From assembly GCA_040755855.1 (NCBI GenBank), contig JBFMAD010000002.1:192001-256000 (forward strand): a stretch of 64,000 nucleotides of DNA, in the 5' to 3' direction. The position numbers were made by a program, and so were the translations under genes. A model generated the notes under the pieces. The model saw nothing but the letters and a program-made list of their open reading frames with translations, was not told the DNA's origin and searched no databases. Source of the stretch: Planctomycetota bacterium. Its GTDB lineage: Bacteria; Planctomycetota; Brocadiia; JAADGH01. Position 1 is the first letter of the stretch, and every line of letters begins with the position of its first letter. Positions 17,699 through 27,994 of the stretch are shown here, piece by piece.

Positions 17699-18976
17699 TC
17701 ACTTCGGCTCGCCGCGAACGTCATAAACGTAGAGGTTCACGCCGTGGCGGAGGTAGAGCCGACCGCCGCAGATCACCGGGTGGGCGAAGCAGGGGCTGCG
17801 GCTCTCCTTGGGCAACTGGAACTCGCTGACCACCGCGAACCCGTCCGGCTTGACTGCGATCAGATACGTCTTGCCCTTCTCGGTAATCCCGTAGAGCATT
17901 CCATCCGCGTAGGCGAGAGAGAGTTTGTCTATGCTGTCGTCGGACTTGATGACCTTGCCCGTCTTGAGGTCTGCGCAGAAGAACGCCTTCCCGCCGGCCT
18001 TGCACGCGCTGAGGTATAGGCGGTTCTCCAGAAGGATCACGCCGCCGTGGCAGTTGTCCAACTCTTTGTTGCACCATAGCTCGGTAACGGGGTGGCGGCC
18101 GCGGCCGAGCTGGAGCAGCTTGCCTCCCGCCGAGTGCCCGCTGGCGACGAAGATATATCCATCTTGGAAAATGGGCATGGTGACGTTCTGGTCCATCGGC
18201 GTCACATGCGGGTGCGACCAGAGGAGCTTGCCCCGCTTGATATCCACCCCGATCACGGACTTCTGCGTTAGGGTGATTAGCTGCCGAGCGCCTTTGTACT
18301 TCACGATCAAGGGCGAGCAGTACCCCGCCCGTTCCTCGAGATCGCTATTCACCCAGACCGGCTTTCCCGTGCGCTTGTTCAGCGCCGCCACGAGGGCCTT
18401 CTTCCCGCCGGGGACGCAGAAGACCCGGTCGCCCTCCACGTTCACGTTCTCGGCGAAGGCCCACGTGCCGTGCTTCGCGCCGAACACGGTTGGGAGATCA
18501 ACGGCCCAGCGCTCCTTGCCCGTCTTCGCGTCGAAGGACGCCAGCCGCCCGTTCGGGCCCATGTGGTATAGGCAGCCCTCGTCGTACGTCGGCGTGGCGC
18601 GGGCGCCGGGGTAGGGGCCGTCCCAGCACTCGCCGTTGGGGGATTTCCACAACGGCTCCCCCTCCATGCTCAGCGCGATCAGCACCTCATCGTCGCCGAT
18701 GTCGCCGGAGGTGAAGATCATCCCTTCCGCGATGGTGACCGACGAGAACCCCTCGCCGCACTCGCTGAACTTCCAGAGGAGCGGCGGACCGCCCTCGGGC
18801 CACCGCTTGAGCAGGCCGGTCTCGGGCGAGATGTTGTCGCGGTTCGGGCCGTGGAAAGTGGGCCAGGAGGGCGCTTCGCCCTCCTTTGAATCCTTTGAGG
18901 TGCGCGACTGCGCGAGGCTCGACAGGACACCCGCCAGCAGGCAGGCGGCGCAGACTCTTATGATGGTCGTGTTCAT
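17699..18976 (-). CDS. PQQ-binding-like beta-propeller protein
   Basis: Signal peptide, WPTFHGPNRD, repeated DxKTGKxxW; ATGA overlap with the upstream gene. Confidence 0.88.
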   Translation of the reverse strand: MNTTIIRVCAACLLAGVLSSLAQSRTSKDSKEGEAPSWPTFHGPNRDNISPETGLLKRWPEGGPPLLWKFSECGEGFSSVTIAEGMIFTSGDIGDDEVLIALSMEGEPLWKSPNGECWDGPYPGARATPTYDEGCLYHMGPNGRLASFDAKTGKERWAVDLPTVFGAKHGTWAFAENVNVEGDRVFCVPGGKKALVAALNKRTGKPVWVNSDLEERAGYCSPLIVKYKGARQLITLTQKSVIGVDIKRGKLLWSHPHVTPMDQNVTMPIFQDGYIFVASGHSAGGKLLQLGRGRHPVTELWCNKELDNCHGGVILLENRLYLSACKAGGKAFFCADLKTGKVIKSDDSIDKLSLAYADGMLYGITEKGKTYLIAVKPDGFAVVSEFQLPKESRSPCFAHPVICGGRLYLRHGVNLYVYDVRGEPK

Positions 18977-21900
18977 TGTGCTCCCAGACAGATCACTTGT
19001 CCACCGGTGGTCGAGAGGTAAAGCCGCCCCTGCGCCGCGATCATGCTGTCGAAGACCGGCATGGCGGTTAGCTTTTGCTCGGCGAGCCTCGCCCCGTCCG
19101 AGGCCGATACGGCCCAGAGGAGCGCGCCCTTTTTCCCGTCGAGGGCGGCGGCCTGCTCGACGAAGGCGGTTTGAATCTTCGGGTCGGTCAACTGCTTCGC
19201 CGCCTCCTCCTCGTCCAACAGATCGGGCGGGCCGGCGACGAACAGCGTCTTGTCGGCCAGCGCCATGGCGCGGACGGTTATCGGGACTTCCTTTGCCCAG
19301 CGGTGCTTCACCGCGAAAGGCAGCTGGAGGATGCCGGGTTTGGCTCCGATAAATTTTCCGCACCGTCCGGCCTTGCCCTCGTCGAGGCGAAGGCCCTCGG
19401 TCACGCCGTCATTGCCGCGGCCGGACTCGTCGGCAACCTTGCCCTCGCCCTTGGGATTGGCCTTGTCCTTGTCGAAGGAATAGCGGAGGACGAGCGTCGC
19501 GCCGGCCGCGGCGGTCTCGCCGGGATTGGCCGCGTGCTGCTGAATTTCGCCTGCGGTAAGAGGACCGTTGTAGACACGAACCTCGTCAATCATGCCCTTG
19601 AACCCGAAGGATGGCCGATAATCTCCCACGGCGCCTCCGGTATCCAGGCCGATGTCAATGCCCGTCTTCGGACCAAGCGTGGGAAGCCGGGGCGCGCGGG
19701 CCTCGCCGGCGAGCCTGCCGTTGACATACAGCTCGGCCTTGCCATCGGCCGTCAATACCGCCGCCAGATGGACCCATTGATTGACGAGGTGCTTGCCGCA
19801 GGCAGCCGTCGCAATCTGCTCCCCTGTCCGGACGATGAACTGCGGCTTGCCGGTATTGAACAGGAGGACGATGCCGTCAATCTTTCCCCCGCCTCTGGCC
19901 AGAACAACGCCGTTTCCGGTCTCCGAATTGACCCATGCCTCGATCGTGGTGGGGACGCTTCCCGGATTGAGGGATTCCGATGCGGCCACCTGGATGGACG
20001 AGGTCCGACCCTTCCGCTCGGGCATCTCGAAGTCGCCGCGCTCCTTCTCTGCGGCGAAGAGTGTGTATTCCAGGGGGGTCGTCCATCGGTAGTATTGGGC
20101 CTTGCGTCCATAGCCGTAAACGGTGTCGTCGTCGAATGTTAGGATTCGCCCGCCGGGGGTCATCAGCCCGGCCAGATAGTAGCCAGTTGCACTCGATGCG
20201 TACATCCGACCGTAGATCCAGTAGGAGCGATGGAACCACGCACCATCGAGGAGGCTCGTGGGGGAGAAGAGGTGCGCATCCTCTCCCACCTGCTTCGTGA
20301 CATCCTTGGTGGCGCTCCCTTCGCAAACGCCGTCCATCGAGAATCGGAGGGACTTCATGTAGACATGCTTTCCGTCGCTCGACAGGATGTCGGGCGCGGC
20401 GACGTCCAGCCCCTTGCCCTCCTGGCCGGTCTCATCGAGGAGGGTCTCGGACAGTTTCTGCCCGGTTTTTGCGTCGAGCCGGAGCAGCCGCATGCCGCCG
20501 TCCAGATACGACGAGCGCCCCGCCACGCAATACACCACGGCCGAACCTCCGGGAGGTTGCGGAACCACCAAGACGCTCCCCGAGACGGGCCAGAGGGATT
20601 CGACCTGCTCAAACCCCATCATCCGCCGGTCCTCCGGCGCGGCGCGGAAGCGCCAGATTAACCGGCCGTCGTCGGCTCGAAGACAATACACCCAGCCGTC
20701 GGCCGATCCGAACAGCACGCGCCCCTCCCAGATCGTCGGCGGGGAGTCCACCCGCCCGCCCGCGGTGTAGGCCCACGCTTCCTTGCCGGAGTCTGCGGCG
20801 AGGGCGTGGATCGTGTGGGCGTCAATCGCGGCCACAAACAGCTTGCCGTCGGCGAGGACGGGGCTGCTGAGCCGTCCGCCGAGGTCCGCCTGCCAGACCT
20901 GCGCCGCGTCGTAGGGGACGGATGTTTTCGCGTGGCCGCTGCGGCGTGTGTCGTGGCGATAGGTGGGCCAATCGTTCTCATTTTGGATTTTGGATTTTAG
21001 ATTTTGGATTTCGTCGGAATAGGCGGGGCCTTGCTGGATGCGGCCTCCGTCGCCGACCTCCTTGGGTGGTTTCCACGTGGGCGATTCGGGCGCGACGGCG
21101 CTGAAGGCGGACAGCTTGCCCTCGATGAAGCAGGCGCAGTCGTGCGGCGGGGCATAGATGAGGCCGTTGGCGGGCATGATGCCGTAGAGACACGCCCCGC
21201 GCACCCAGCGGTAGCCGACCCAGTCGGTCGTGTCCACATCCAGGAACTCGATGCCGCTGCGCCCCGTGAGAATGTAGCGGTCCGTGGCCTTGGACCGGTG
21301 GCAACGATGATGGCCCCAGCCTTGCCTTTCGGCAGGGACGTATTGCTTGCGCACTTCGCCCGTTTGCAGGTCGCGGCCGATGAACTCGCCTGAGTCCTCG
21401 CCCTGCGTCGTCGCCCCGGTCCACACCAAACCCGACGCCACGAGGATGTCCTCGGGGGACTGGTAGCCCGATGGCGGGTGCTCGACGGTCCAGAGCGTCT
21501 TGCCGGTTTCGACGGACAGGGCCTGCATGAAGTCCTGTGCGCCGTGGTGGGGGACCATGTTCTCGCCGCCGCAGAAAAACACCACGTCGTTATACACAAC
21601 AAGCGTCGGGGCATAGTCCGAGGTGAATTTCGCCGACCGAGGCAACGAGTCCGAGGCCCAGAGCTGTTTCCCCGTCCTGGTGTCCAGGCAGATCATCTTA
21701 TCGTTGTCGTAGAAAAACACCCGCTGCCCGTCGGCAGCGAGTGTGAGCGGGACGACCTGGCCCTGCTTTCGCCACAGCATCTGCCCGTTGCTGGCCTGGA
21801 CGGCCACGACCGCGCGGTCGGCTCCGTCGCAGTTCTCCTCCATCTGGCGCTTTCGGATATCGGCCACGCTGGACAGCGTGTCCCTTGCGTCCGGCCTGCC

Positions 21901-22899
21901 GACGACGAGGAACACGATGCCCTCGGAGACGATGATTTCTTCCGCGCCGGCCGTGCCGTCGAGGGTGCGAATGATATCCCCCGTCGCCGCATCGAGGACG
22001 CTGACGGGCGCATCGAAGCCAAGGGTGACATACACGCGATCCTCGACAGCGACGAGGCGGCGGGGAAGGTCCGCCGGTCCGCTCTTCAGGGGCCAGAGCT
22101 GCGTGTGCCACTTTTCGATTGGGCGCTTCCAGAGGATTGTTCCGTTGAAGGCGTCCCGCGCCGTGAGGAACCACTTGGAGGGCAGAATAATGGAGGCCGT
22201 CGGTCCCTCGTCGAAGATGTAGAAGATGCGTCCCCTGGCCGAGATGAGGGCGCTCATGCTGGCCATGTGGTCGTGGTGGCGGGCCCAGCGGGGACTGCCG
22301 TGCCACTGGTAGCGCCTCGGCGGGCCGATCACCGTGTCGTGCGCGACGGCGTTGTTGCTTGCGTCATGGAGATAGTGGGTCCATTCGTCAATCTCTTTGG
22401 GCCAGGGCTTCTGCAATTTTGGATTTTGGATTTGGGATTTTGGATTGAGGAGCAGGGCGACGCCGTTGGGGGCGAGGACGCGCATGATCTCCTTACTCTC
22501 CACTCCCCACTCTCCGCTTGCCACTACCAGGTTTACGAAGTTGTCAATGTAGGGCAAGTGTTTGCCGTCGAATGTGTCCACGGAGACGTTGCCGTAAGCG
22601 CCGAGGGAGCGGATGTGCCTTCGCGCCTGCTCGACGTTGGCAGGGTTTGCGTCCAGCCCGTGCACCAGGTATCGCTCGTTGAGGCGGAGCGCGGCGGTCA
22701 GTTTGCCGTCTCCGCAGCCGATATGAATGATCAGGCCGCCCTTCACCTCGGCGGACGAGAGGATGTCGCGGGCCAGGGCGGTTTCATTCTGCTGGCAGAC
22801 GCCATTGCCGCCTGCGAGAAGGACGACGCACAGCGACAGCGCGACAACGGCGAGCGCCGCGAAGGCCGGCTTTCCCGATCCTCGTGTTTCTTTCGGCAT
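18973..22899 (-). CDS. Large secreted protein: SAM-methyltransferase-like domain, PQQ-type beta-propellers, LamG domain
   Basis: HIGCGDG, LPYIDN, RVLAPNG, DAFNGTILW, DWPTYRHD, WVHLAAV...GMIDEVRVY. Confidence 0.88.
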   Translation of the reverse strand: MPKETRGSGKPAFAALAVVALSLCVVLLAGGNGVCQQNETALARDILSSAEVKGGLIIHIGCGDGKLTAALRLNERYLVHGLDANPANVEQARRHIRSLGAYGNVSVDTFDGKHLPYIDNFVNLVVASGEWGVESKEIMRVLAPNGVALLLNPKSQIQNPKLQKPWPKEIDEWTHYLHDASNNAVAHDTVIGPPRRYQWHGSPRWARHHDHMASMSALISARGRIFYIFDEGPTASIILPSKWFLTARDAFNGTILWKRPIEKWHTQLWPLKSGPADLPRRLVAVEDRVYVTLGFDAPVSVLDAATGDIIRTLDGTAGAEEIIVSEGIVFLVVGRPDARDTLSSVADIRKRQMEENCDGADRAVVAVQASNGQMLWRKQGQVVPLTLAADGQRVFFYDNDKMICLDTRTGKQLWASDSLPRSAKFTSDYAPTLVVYNDVVFFCGGENMVPHHGAQDFMQALSVETGKTLWTVEHPPSGYQSPEDILVASGLVWTGATTQGEDSGEFIGRDLQTGEVRKQYVPAERQGWGHHRCHRSKATDRYILTGRSGIEFLDVDTTDWVGYRWVRGACLYGIMPANGLIYAPPHDCACFIEGKLSAFSAVAPESPTWKPPKEVGDGGRIQQGPAYSDEIQNLKSKIQNENDWPTYRHDTRRSGHAKTSVPYDAAQVWQADLGGRLSSPVLADGKLFVAAIDAHTIHALAADSGKEAWAYTAGGRVDSPPTIWEGRVLFGSADGWVYCLRADDGRLIWRFRAAPEDRRMMGFEQVESLWPVSGSVLVVPQPPGGSAVVYCVAGRSSYLDGGMRLLRLDAKTGQKLSETLLDETGQEGKGLDVAAPDILSSDGKHVYMKSLRFSMDGVCEGSATKDVTKQVGEDAHLFSPTSLLDGAWFHRSYWIYGRMYASSATGYYLAGLMTPGGRILTFDDDTVYGYGRKAQYYRWTTPLEYTLFAAEKERGDFEMPERKGRTSSIQVAASESLNPGSVPTTIEAWVNSETGNGVVLARGGGKIDGIVLLFNTGKPQFIVRTGEQIATAACGKHLVNQWVHLAAVLTADGKAELYVNGRLAGEARAPRLPTLGPKTGIDIGLDTGGAVGDYRPSFGFKGMIDEVRVYNGPLTAGEIQQHAANPGETAAAGATLVLRYSFDKDKANPKGEGKVADESGRGNDGVTEGLRLDEGKAGRCGKFIGAKPGILQLPFAVKHRWAKEVPITVRAMALADKTLFVAGPPDLLDEEEAAKQLTDPKIQTAFVEQAAALDGKKGALLWAVSASDGARLAEQKLTAMPVFDSMIAAQGRLYLSTTGGQVICLGAQ

Positions 22900-23130
22900 G
22901 ATTTTGCTCCCTGATTTTGCGAATCGGAAAACAAGCCCATTTGATGAACGCGCCGCCGGGAGGCGGGCGACTTTCACCTTCCAACAGTGTAATCGAGGCG
23001 GACGCATCATTCAACAAGGTTTTTCTATTCCTTATCCCATGGGGTATTGACCCTATAATTGCCTTGCATCCCCGGCGTGGTCTGGGATAGAATGCACGCC
23101 GAATACAAAGCGCATCAAAGGAGGTAGGCC

Positions 23131-23640
23131 ATGTCCCCGCACGACGGTCCCCGCAGCCGACCGGGCTTTCTCGTGGTCGCTATTCTTGTGGCTATCGCCT
23201 TGCTGGCGGCCCTCTGGTACGTCCGCCGCTTGCCGGGGGCGCTGCCGGTGGACGAGCTGATCGGGCGACTGAAGTCCGGCACGCCCATTGAGCAGACCGC
23301 CGCCGCCGAGGGACTCGGCAAACTCGGCGACCCCGCCGCCGTTGATCCCCTCATCGCTGCGCTTGCCGCCAAGGAATGGTCCCTCCGCCGCGCCGCCGCC
23401 CTGGCCCTGGGCCAACTCCACGACGGCCGGGCGGTGGGGCCGCTCACTCAGCGGCTCGAAGACGACAACGTCTGGGTCGTCATCGAATCCGCCCAGGCCC
23501 TCGCCAAGATCGGCGACGCCTCCGCCGTCGAACCCCTTGAGAAACGCCTGAAGGCTGAGCAAAAGAAGAAAAAGGACCAGCAGAACACCGACCTCCTCAC
23601 TCACATCGAAACGGCGATCAAGACACTCAAGAGCAAGTAA
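23131..23640 (+). CDS. HEAT/PBS-lyase repeat protein, membrane anchored
   Basis: TM helix plus AAEGLGKLGDPAAVDPLI-type repeats; AGGAGG RBS. Confidence 0.88.
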   Translation: MSPHDGPRSRPGFLVVAILVAIALLAALWYVRRLPGALPVDELIGRLKSGTPIEQTAAAEGLGKLGDPAAVDPLIAALAAKEWSLRRAAALALGQLHDGRAVGPLTQRLEDDNVWVVIESAQALAKIGDASAVEPLEKRLKAEQKKKKDQQNTDLLTHIETAIKTLKSK

Positions 23641-23662
23641 GCCAGCCGGGGCGACTGAATCC

Positions 23663-24079
23663 ATGCACGCAATCAAGATCATCGGATACCTGTTCTTCTT
23701 TACCGGCCTGTGGGTCTTCATCCGGCAGTGCCTCGAGATTCGAGGCAAGGAAGTCGCCTTTGGAACGGCGCACATCGAAACCGTGTCCGATTCCGAGGGA
23801 TCGGCGACCTACAAACTGTGGGTGTATTGGAAGGATAACGAAGGCAAGGATAGGGTTTATAAATCTTCGTTCAGCAGCTCAAGCACAGGCTACAAGCGGG
23901 GCGACAAGGTGAGAATCTACTACGACCGCGACAACCCCGACCACTGCGGAGTTCTCTCGTTCGGATATCGCTTCGGCATCGCCTGGGCGTTCATCCTCGT
24001 CGGTATCTCGATGATCCTCTTTGCCGTCGGGCATGCAGTGGGAAACCAGTGGATTGCCGAGCGCTTTCCCGCGATGTGA
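23663..24079 (+). CDS. DUF3592-like membrane protein
   Basis: TM, GDKVRIYYDRDNP, TM. Confidence 0.75.
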   Translation: MHAIKIIGYLFFFTGLWVFIRQCLEIRGKEVAFGTAHIETVSDSEGSATYKLWVYWKDNEGKDRVYKSSFSSSSTGYKRGDKVRIYYDRDNPDHCGVLSFGYRFGIAWAFILVGISMILFAVGHAVGNQWIAERFPAM

Positions 24080-24115
24080 GCGGCTATCGTTGCGTTGCTT
24101 GCAGTCGGACTGCCG

Positions 24116-25639
24116 CTACGGATACTTCTGCTCTGCCATGCCTGCGCCGCGGATTTTGACCAACGACGTCTTCTCGAAAGCCGGGCGCCCGGCGGATCTC
24201 GGCCCGATCAGGCCGATCTGACCCTCGCCGGTCACAGGCTCGTACACGCCATCGCGTTCGGGGTCCGCATACCGTCGGAACCAATCCTCAAGCATCGCCT
24301 TGAGCTCGGCGGCGCGGCTGTCCATGCCCACAGAAGAGATCAGATTGTGGATCTCCTCCGGATCGTTGCGGAGGTCGTAGAGCTCGTGGGGACCGTAGGG
24401 GTAGCGATGGACGTACTTCCACTCCCGCGTCCGCACCATCCGCACCGGCCCATACTCGTCAAAGACCACCACTCCCGGCCTGCCCTCGCACGCCTCGCCG
24501 CGCAGCATCGGCGCGAAGCTCCGCCCAGGCAGCCGGTCGGCTCCGGGATTATTGACGCCCACATAGTCCAGGAGCGTCGGCATGAGGTCGTACTGGCTGA
24601 ACATCTCTGTCACTACCTGCCCGCCGGGTGCGTGTCCCGGCCGGTTGATGATTAGCGGCACTTTGACGGATGTGTCATACATATTCATCGGGAAGGTGCC
24701 GTTGCCCTTGCCGTAAATACCATGGTGGCCGAGGTTCATGCCGTTATCGCTCAGGTAGATCACCAGCGTCTTCTCCCGCAGGCCGTTCCGGTCGAGGGTC
24801 TCGACGAGGCGGCCGATGTTGCGGTCCATCTCGGTAATGGCGGTGTAATACCCGCTGACCCGCTCCCGCCGCTCGGTCTCGTCGCGGGGATAGGTCTTCT
24901 CGGGATAGACGCGCCCCGTCTTCTCCGGCGTGTCAGGCATCCAGGCATGCATGGGCACATTGGGGGTGGACCGGAAGGGACAGTTCGCCATGTAATCATC
25001 GAAGGTGACCTGTGGGTGCAGGTCACGGAGCCAGGGGGCGTGGGGCGCGTTGTGGTGCACGCTCAGGTAGAACGGCTCGTCGGCGTTCTTCTGCCTCTCG
25101 ATGAAGTCCAGGGCATAGTCCGTTATGATGTCGCTGAGGTACCCCTTCTCCTGGCTGAACTCCCTGCCGTCCGTGAAGACCGGGTTCTGGTACTGGGTGC
25201 CGCTTACGTTGACGCGCCAGAAGGAGAATCCCTTCTGGGCATGGTCGGCGTCGCCCATGTGCCACTTGCCGCTGATGCCGCATCGGTATCCCTGCGCCGC
25301 CAGCAGGTCGGCATAGCCCCTCTGTCCGGCCAGGTATTCGATGGTTTTGCCCTCCTCCTTGCCTTTGCTCCATTCCCGGGTGGACTCGCCGCGCCGCAGC
25401 CAGTCGAGGATGCCGTGCTGGCTGGGAATCCTGCCGGTAAGGATCGAGGCACGGGCCGGCGAGCAGACGGGCGACGTGCAGAAGAAATTCTCGAACCGCA
25501 GCCCCGACGCCGCGAGCGCGTCGAGGTTCGGCGTGTGGACCTCCTTGTTGCCCGAACAGCCCATGGCCCATTGGCCGTGGTCGTCGGAGAGGATCAGGAG
25601 GATGTTCGGGCGTGTTTTCATGCCTCGCGTCTTGTCCAT
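24116..25639 (-). CDS. Formylglycine-dependent sulfatase
   Basis: RPNILLILSDD, CSPARASILTG, GKWH, SDNG. Confidence 0.93.
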   Translation of the reverse strand: MDKTRGMKTRPNILLILSDDHGQWAMGCSGNKEVHTPNLDALAASGLRFENFFCTSPVCSPARASILTGRIPSQHGILDWLRRGESTREWSKGKEEGKTIEYLAGQRGYADLLAAQGYRCGISGKWHMGDADHAQKGFSFWRVNVSGTQYQNPVFTDGREFSQEKGYLSDIITDYALDFIERQKNADEPFYLSVHHNAPHAPWLRDLHPQVTFDDYMANCPFRSTPNVPMHAWMPDTPEKTGRVYPEKTYPRDETERRERVSGYYTAITEMDRNIGRLVETLDRNGLREKTLVIYLSDNGMNLGHHGIYGKGNGTFPMNMYDTSVKVPLIINRPGHAPGGQVVTEMFSQYDLMPTLLDYVGVNNPGADRLPGRSFAPMLRGEACEGRPGVVVFDEYGPVRMVRTREWKYVHRYPYGPHELYDLRNDPEEIHNLISSVGMDSRAAELKAMLEDWFRRYADPERDGVYEPVTGEGQIGLIGPRSAGRPAFEKTSLVKIRGAGMAEQKYP

Positions 25640-25674
25640 AAACAATCCTTTCACAACATCGGTTCACTCAGGAA

Positions 25675-25802
25675 GGGCGTGTTGCCCAAATGGAATCTGG
25701 TAGGGGCGGCCCCGTGTGGCCGCCCCTTTGACGCCAAATCTTCGGCCCCAGGGAGGGGCACGTGGGCCCGCCCCTACAAAATCGGGTTTGGGCAACAGGC
25801 CC
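25675..25802. repeat. Inverted GTAG-type REP pair enclosed by 16-bp inverted repeats (MITE-like)
   Basis: Outer GGGCGTGTTGCCCAAA / TTTGGGCAACAGGCCC; REP-like units at 25700-25725 and 25751-25777. Confidence 0.75.
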
Positions 25803-25834
25803 GGAAGGTTTGATCTGCATTCCGCGCGTCGGCG

Positions 25835-27982
25835 TCACTTCGGCAGCCTCCATCGCGTGGCCATCAGGCACGTCTTCTCTCCCGGCTTGTCTATCTGGTA
25901 GTAGATGGTGTAGATCGTCCCGTCATCCAGCTCGACCGATGCGGGGTAGCCGAGGTCGCCGCTGGCCGAATCGTCGCGGAGAATGATCTCCTCGTCGAGG
26001 TTCCACGTCTCACCGCCGTCGTTGCTCAGGCAGGCCCGCTGGCCGAACGGCTTGCGGCGGTATCCGTAGGTCGTCAGGAGGCGCCCGTCGCGCAGGCGGA
26101 TGAGGTGGGGTGGCTTGCCCCAGATGGGCAGCTTGTGGGCGAGGGTCCACGTCCTGCCGCCGTCGTCGCTCTCCGTCTGCCAGAGGTAGTGCGGGTCCGG
26201 GCCGCGCTCCTGGCGGAGGTGGCCCACCAATCGGCCCTTCGTCGTTTGCACAAGGTGCGGCTCGCACCAGTAGCCATCACCCTGGTCCGGGAGGGGGACG
26301 CGGCCGATCGCCTTCCATGACGCCCCATCGTCGGGCGATTCCTCGGCCACGATTCCACGCTTGCCATCAATGGTCGTGCTGCCGAGGAAGAGGAGGCGTC
26401 CGTCGTCGAGCTGGATTGGGCCGTGGGGGGCAGTGCCCTCGATCCTCTGCTTGGGCAGCCACGTCTTGCCGCCGTCGGTGGAGCGGCGAATCCAGTGGCC
26501 GAGCTCCTTCTTGCGATCCTCATCGGTGATCTTTGCAATGTGCGACTTCCAGCCATCGACCATCGCGTCGCCGTATGCCTTCCGGCAGTCGTGCTGCTCG
26601 AAGGCCAGCGACGTGAACCAGCTGATAACGATGACGCCCGACCGGCAGACGAGAATCCCCGCGTCGCGGTCGTCGATGATGCAGTCGTTGATCGTCTCCG
26701 GCGCGGTCCAGGTCTTGCCGTTGTCGCGGCTGCGGATGATCTGCGTCTTGCCGAAGGGGCAGACGTGCTGGTCTCGGTCGCCGGAGAAGATGACCAGGAG
26801 TTCGCCGTCGGCCTTGCGGCCGATGGTCGGCCAGCCGATGTATCGGCCCGGCTGCTTGCAGATGACCTGATGCTCCGCCTGGATGTCCTCCGCCTTCTTC
26901 GGATGGTTCATTCTTTCTGTTGCTCCTGCAAAATCGGATTCGCTCAACTTGATCCGCACCTTGCCCTGCATGGTGGTGATCCACATCTCGCCGGGGCGGC
27001 GCTCGAAGACATAGGGATACGACTGCCGCTTGCCGGGGTCGCGGGCGATGACGACCGGCTTGCTCCACGTCTTCGCCTCGTCCTCGGAGAAGGACATGGC
27101 CAGCTCTTCGCGGCTGTTCTTGTCGTACGGCTTGCCCTCCGGCGACCGGTTCCAGAGCAGGACCAACCGCCCGCTCGCCAATCGCCCCAGCGTGCCGCAG
27201 CAGGTGCTGGAGCGGATGGCGGACTGCCGCACATCGGTCCAGGCGAGGCCGTCCTTCGAGACGGCCTCCCAGAACCAGCCCTTCGTCGTGCGGATGAGCA
27301 TATAGACGCGGCCGTCCTTCAGTTCCGCCACGGTCGCCTCCATCGTCCCGCCGTGGCTGCCGGAGCCGCCGATGTCAATGACGTTGCTTTTCTGCCATGT
27401 CTTGCCGTTGTCGTCGGAGACGTAGGTCATGACGACATGTCGGCCGGGGTCGAAGGCCACATCCTGCCCCGCGAGGACGAGGCGGCCGGATTTCAACTGG
27501 ATGAGCGACCGGATGGCCCCGCACCAGCCGTCCTGGATCTTCTGGGGCGGCTCCCAGGTCTTGCCGTCATCGAGGCTGCGGGTGACATAGGTAGGCAGGT
27601 AGAACTTGGAGAGCGCTGCCTTGTCGTCCACCTTCCATTCGCCGCGCGCGATCTCACGCTCGTTCAGGAAGGCGAACACGATCGCGCCGTCCTTCGTCCG
27701 GATCAATGCCCGCTCGGGTCGGGCATAGAACTTCTTTGTATCCGCGAAGATCGGATGCGCCTCCCACGTCTTTCCCTCGTCCGCGCTGATGAGCGCCCGG
27801 TCCTCCGCCGCTGCCAGGACGCGGCCGTCGGGCAGGTTGACGTACGGTCCCATGTGAGGGCTGGCCATCTTCTCGGCCTTCGGATGCACCCAGCTCCGGT
27901 CCTCCTCCGCGCAGGCCGCGGCCATGCCGAGGATGCCGAGACCCAGCAAAACCGCTATCGTAACGCTCGCACTCATGCTCAT
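25835..27982 (-). CDS. Tandem sialidase-like (BNR/Asp-box) protein
   Basis: Many SxDxGxTW boxes in two propeller domains, signal peptide. Confidence 0.88.
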   Translation of the reverse strand: MSMSASVTIAVLLGLGILGMAAACAEEDRSWVHPKAEKMASPHMGPYVNLPDGRVLAAAEDRALISADEGKTWEAHPIFADTKKFYARPERALIRTKDGAIVFAFLNEREIARGEWKVDDKAALSKFYLPTYVTRSLDDGKTWEPPQKIQDGWCGAIRSLIQLKSGRLVLAGQDVAFDPGRHVVMTYVSDDNGKTWQKSNVIDIGGSGSHGGTMEATVAELKDGRVYMLIRTTKGWFWEAVSKDGLAWTDVRQSAIRSSTCCGTLGRLASGRLVLLWNRSPEGKPYDKNSREELAMSFSEDEAKTWSKPVVIARDPGKRQSYPYVFERRPGEMWITTMQGKVRIKLSESDFAGATERMNHPKKAEDIQAEHQVICKQPGRYIGWPTIGRKADGELLVIFSGDRDQHVCPFGKTQIIRSRDNGKTWTAPETINDCIIDDRDAGILVCRSGVIVISWFTSLAFEQHDCRKAYGDAMVDGWKSHIAKITDEDRKKELGHWIRRSTDGGKTWLPKQRIEGTAPHGPIQLDDGRLLFLGSTTIDGKRGIVAEESPDDGASWKAIGRVPLPDQGDGYWCEPHLVQTTKGRLVGHLRQERGPDPHYLWQTESDDGGRTWTLAHKLPIWGKPPHLIRLRDGRLLTTYGYRRKPFGQRACLSNDGGETWNLDEEIILRDDSASGDLGYPASVELDDGTIYTIYYQIDKPGEKTCLMATRWRLPK

Positions 27983-27994
27983 ATCTCCATGTCC

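Noticed and set aside
23033..23047. CsoR-like operator TATCCCATGGGGTAT
   Set aside because: Single imperfect palindrome with no metal-homeostasis genes nearby; too weak to call.
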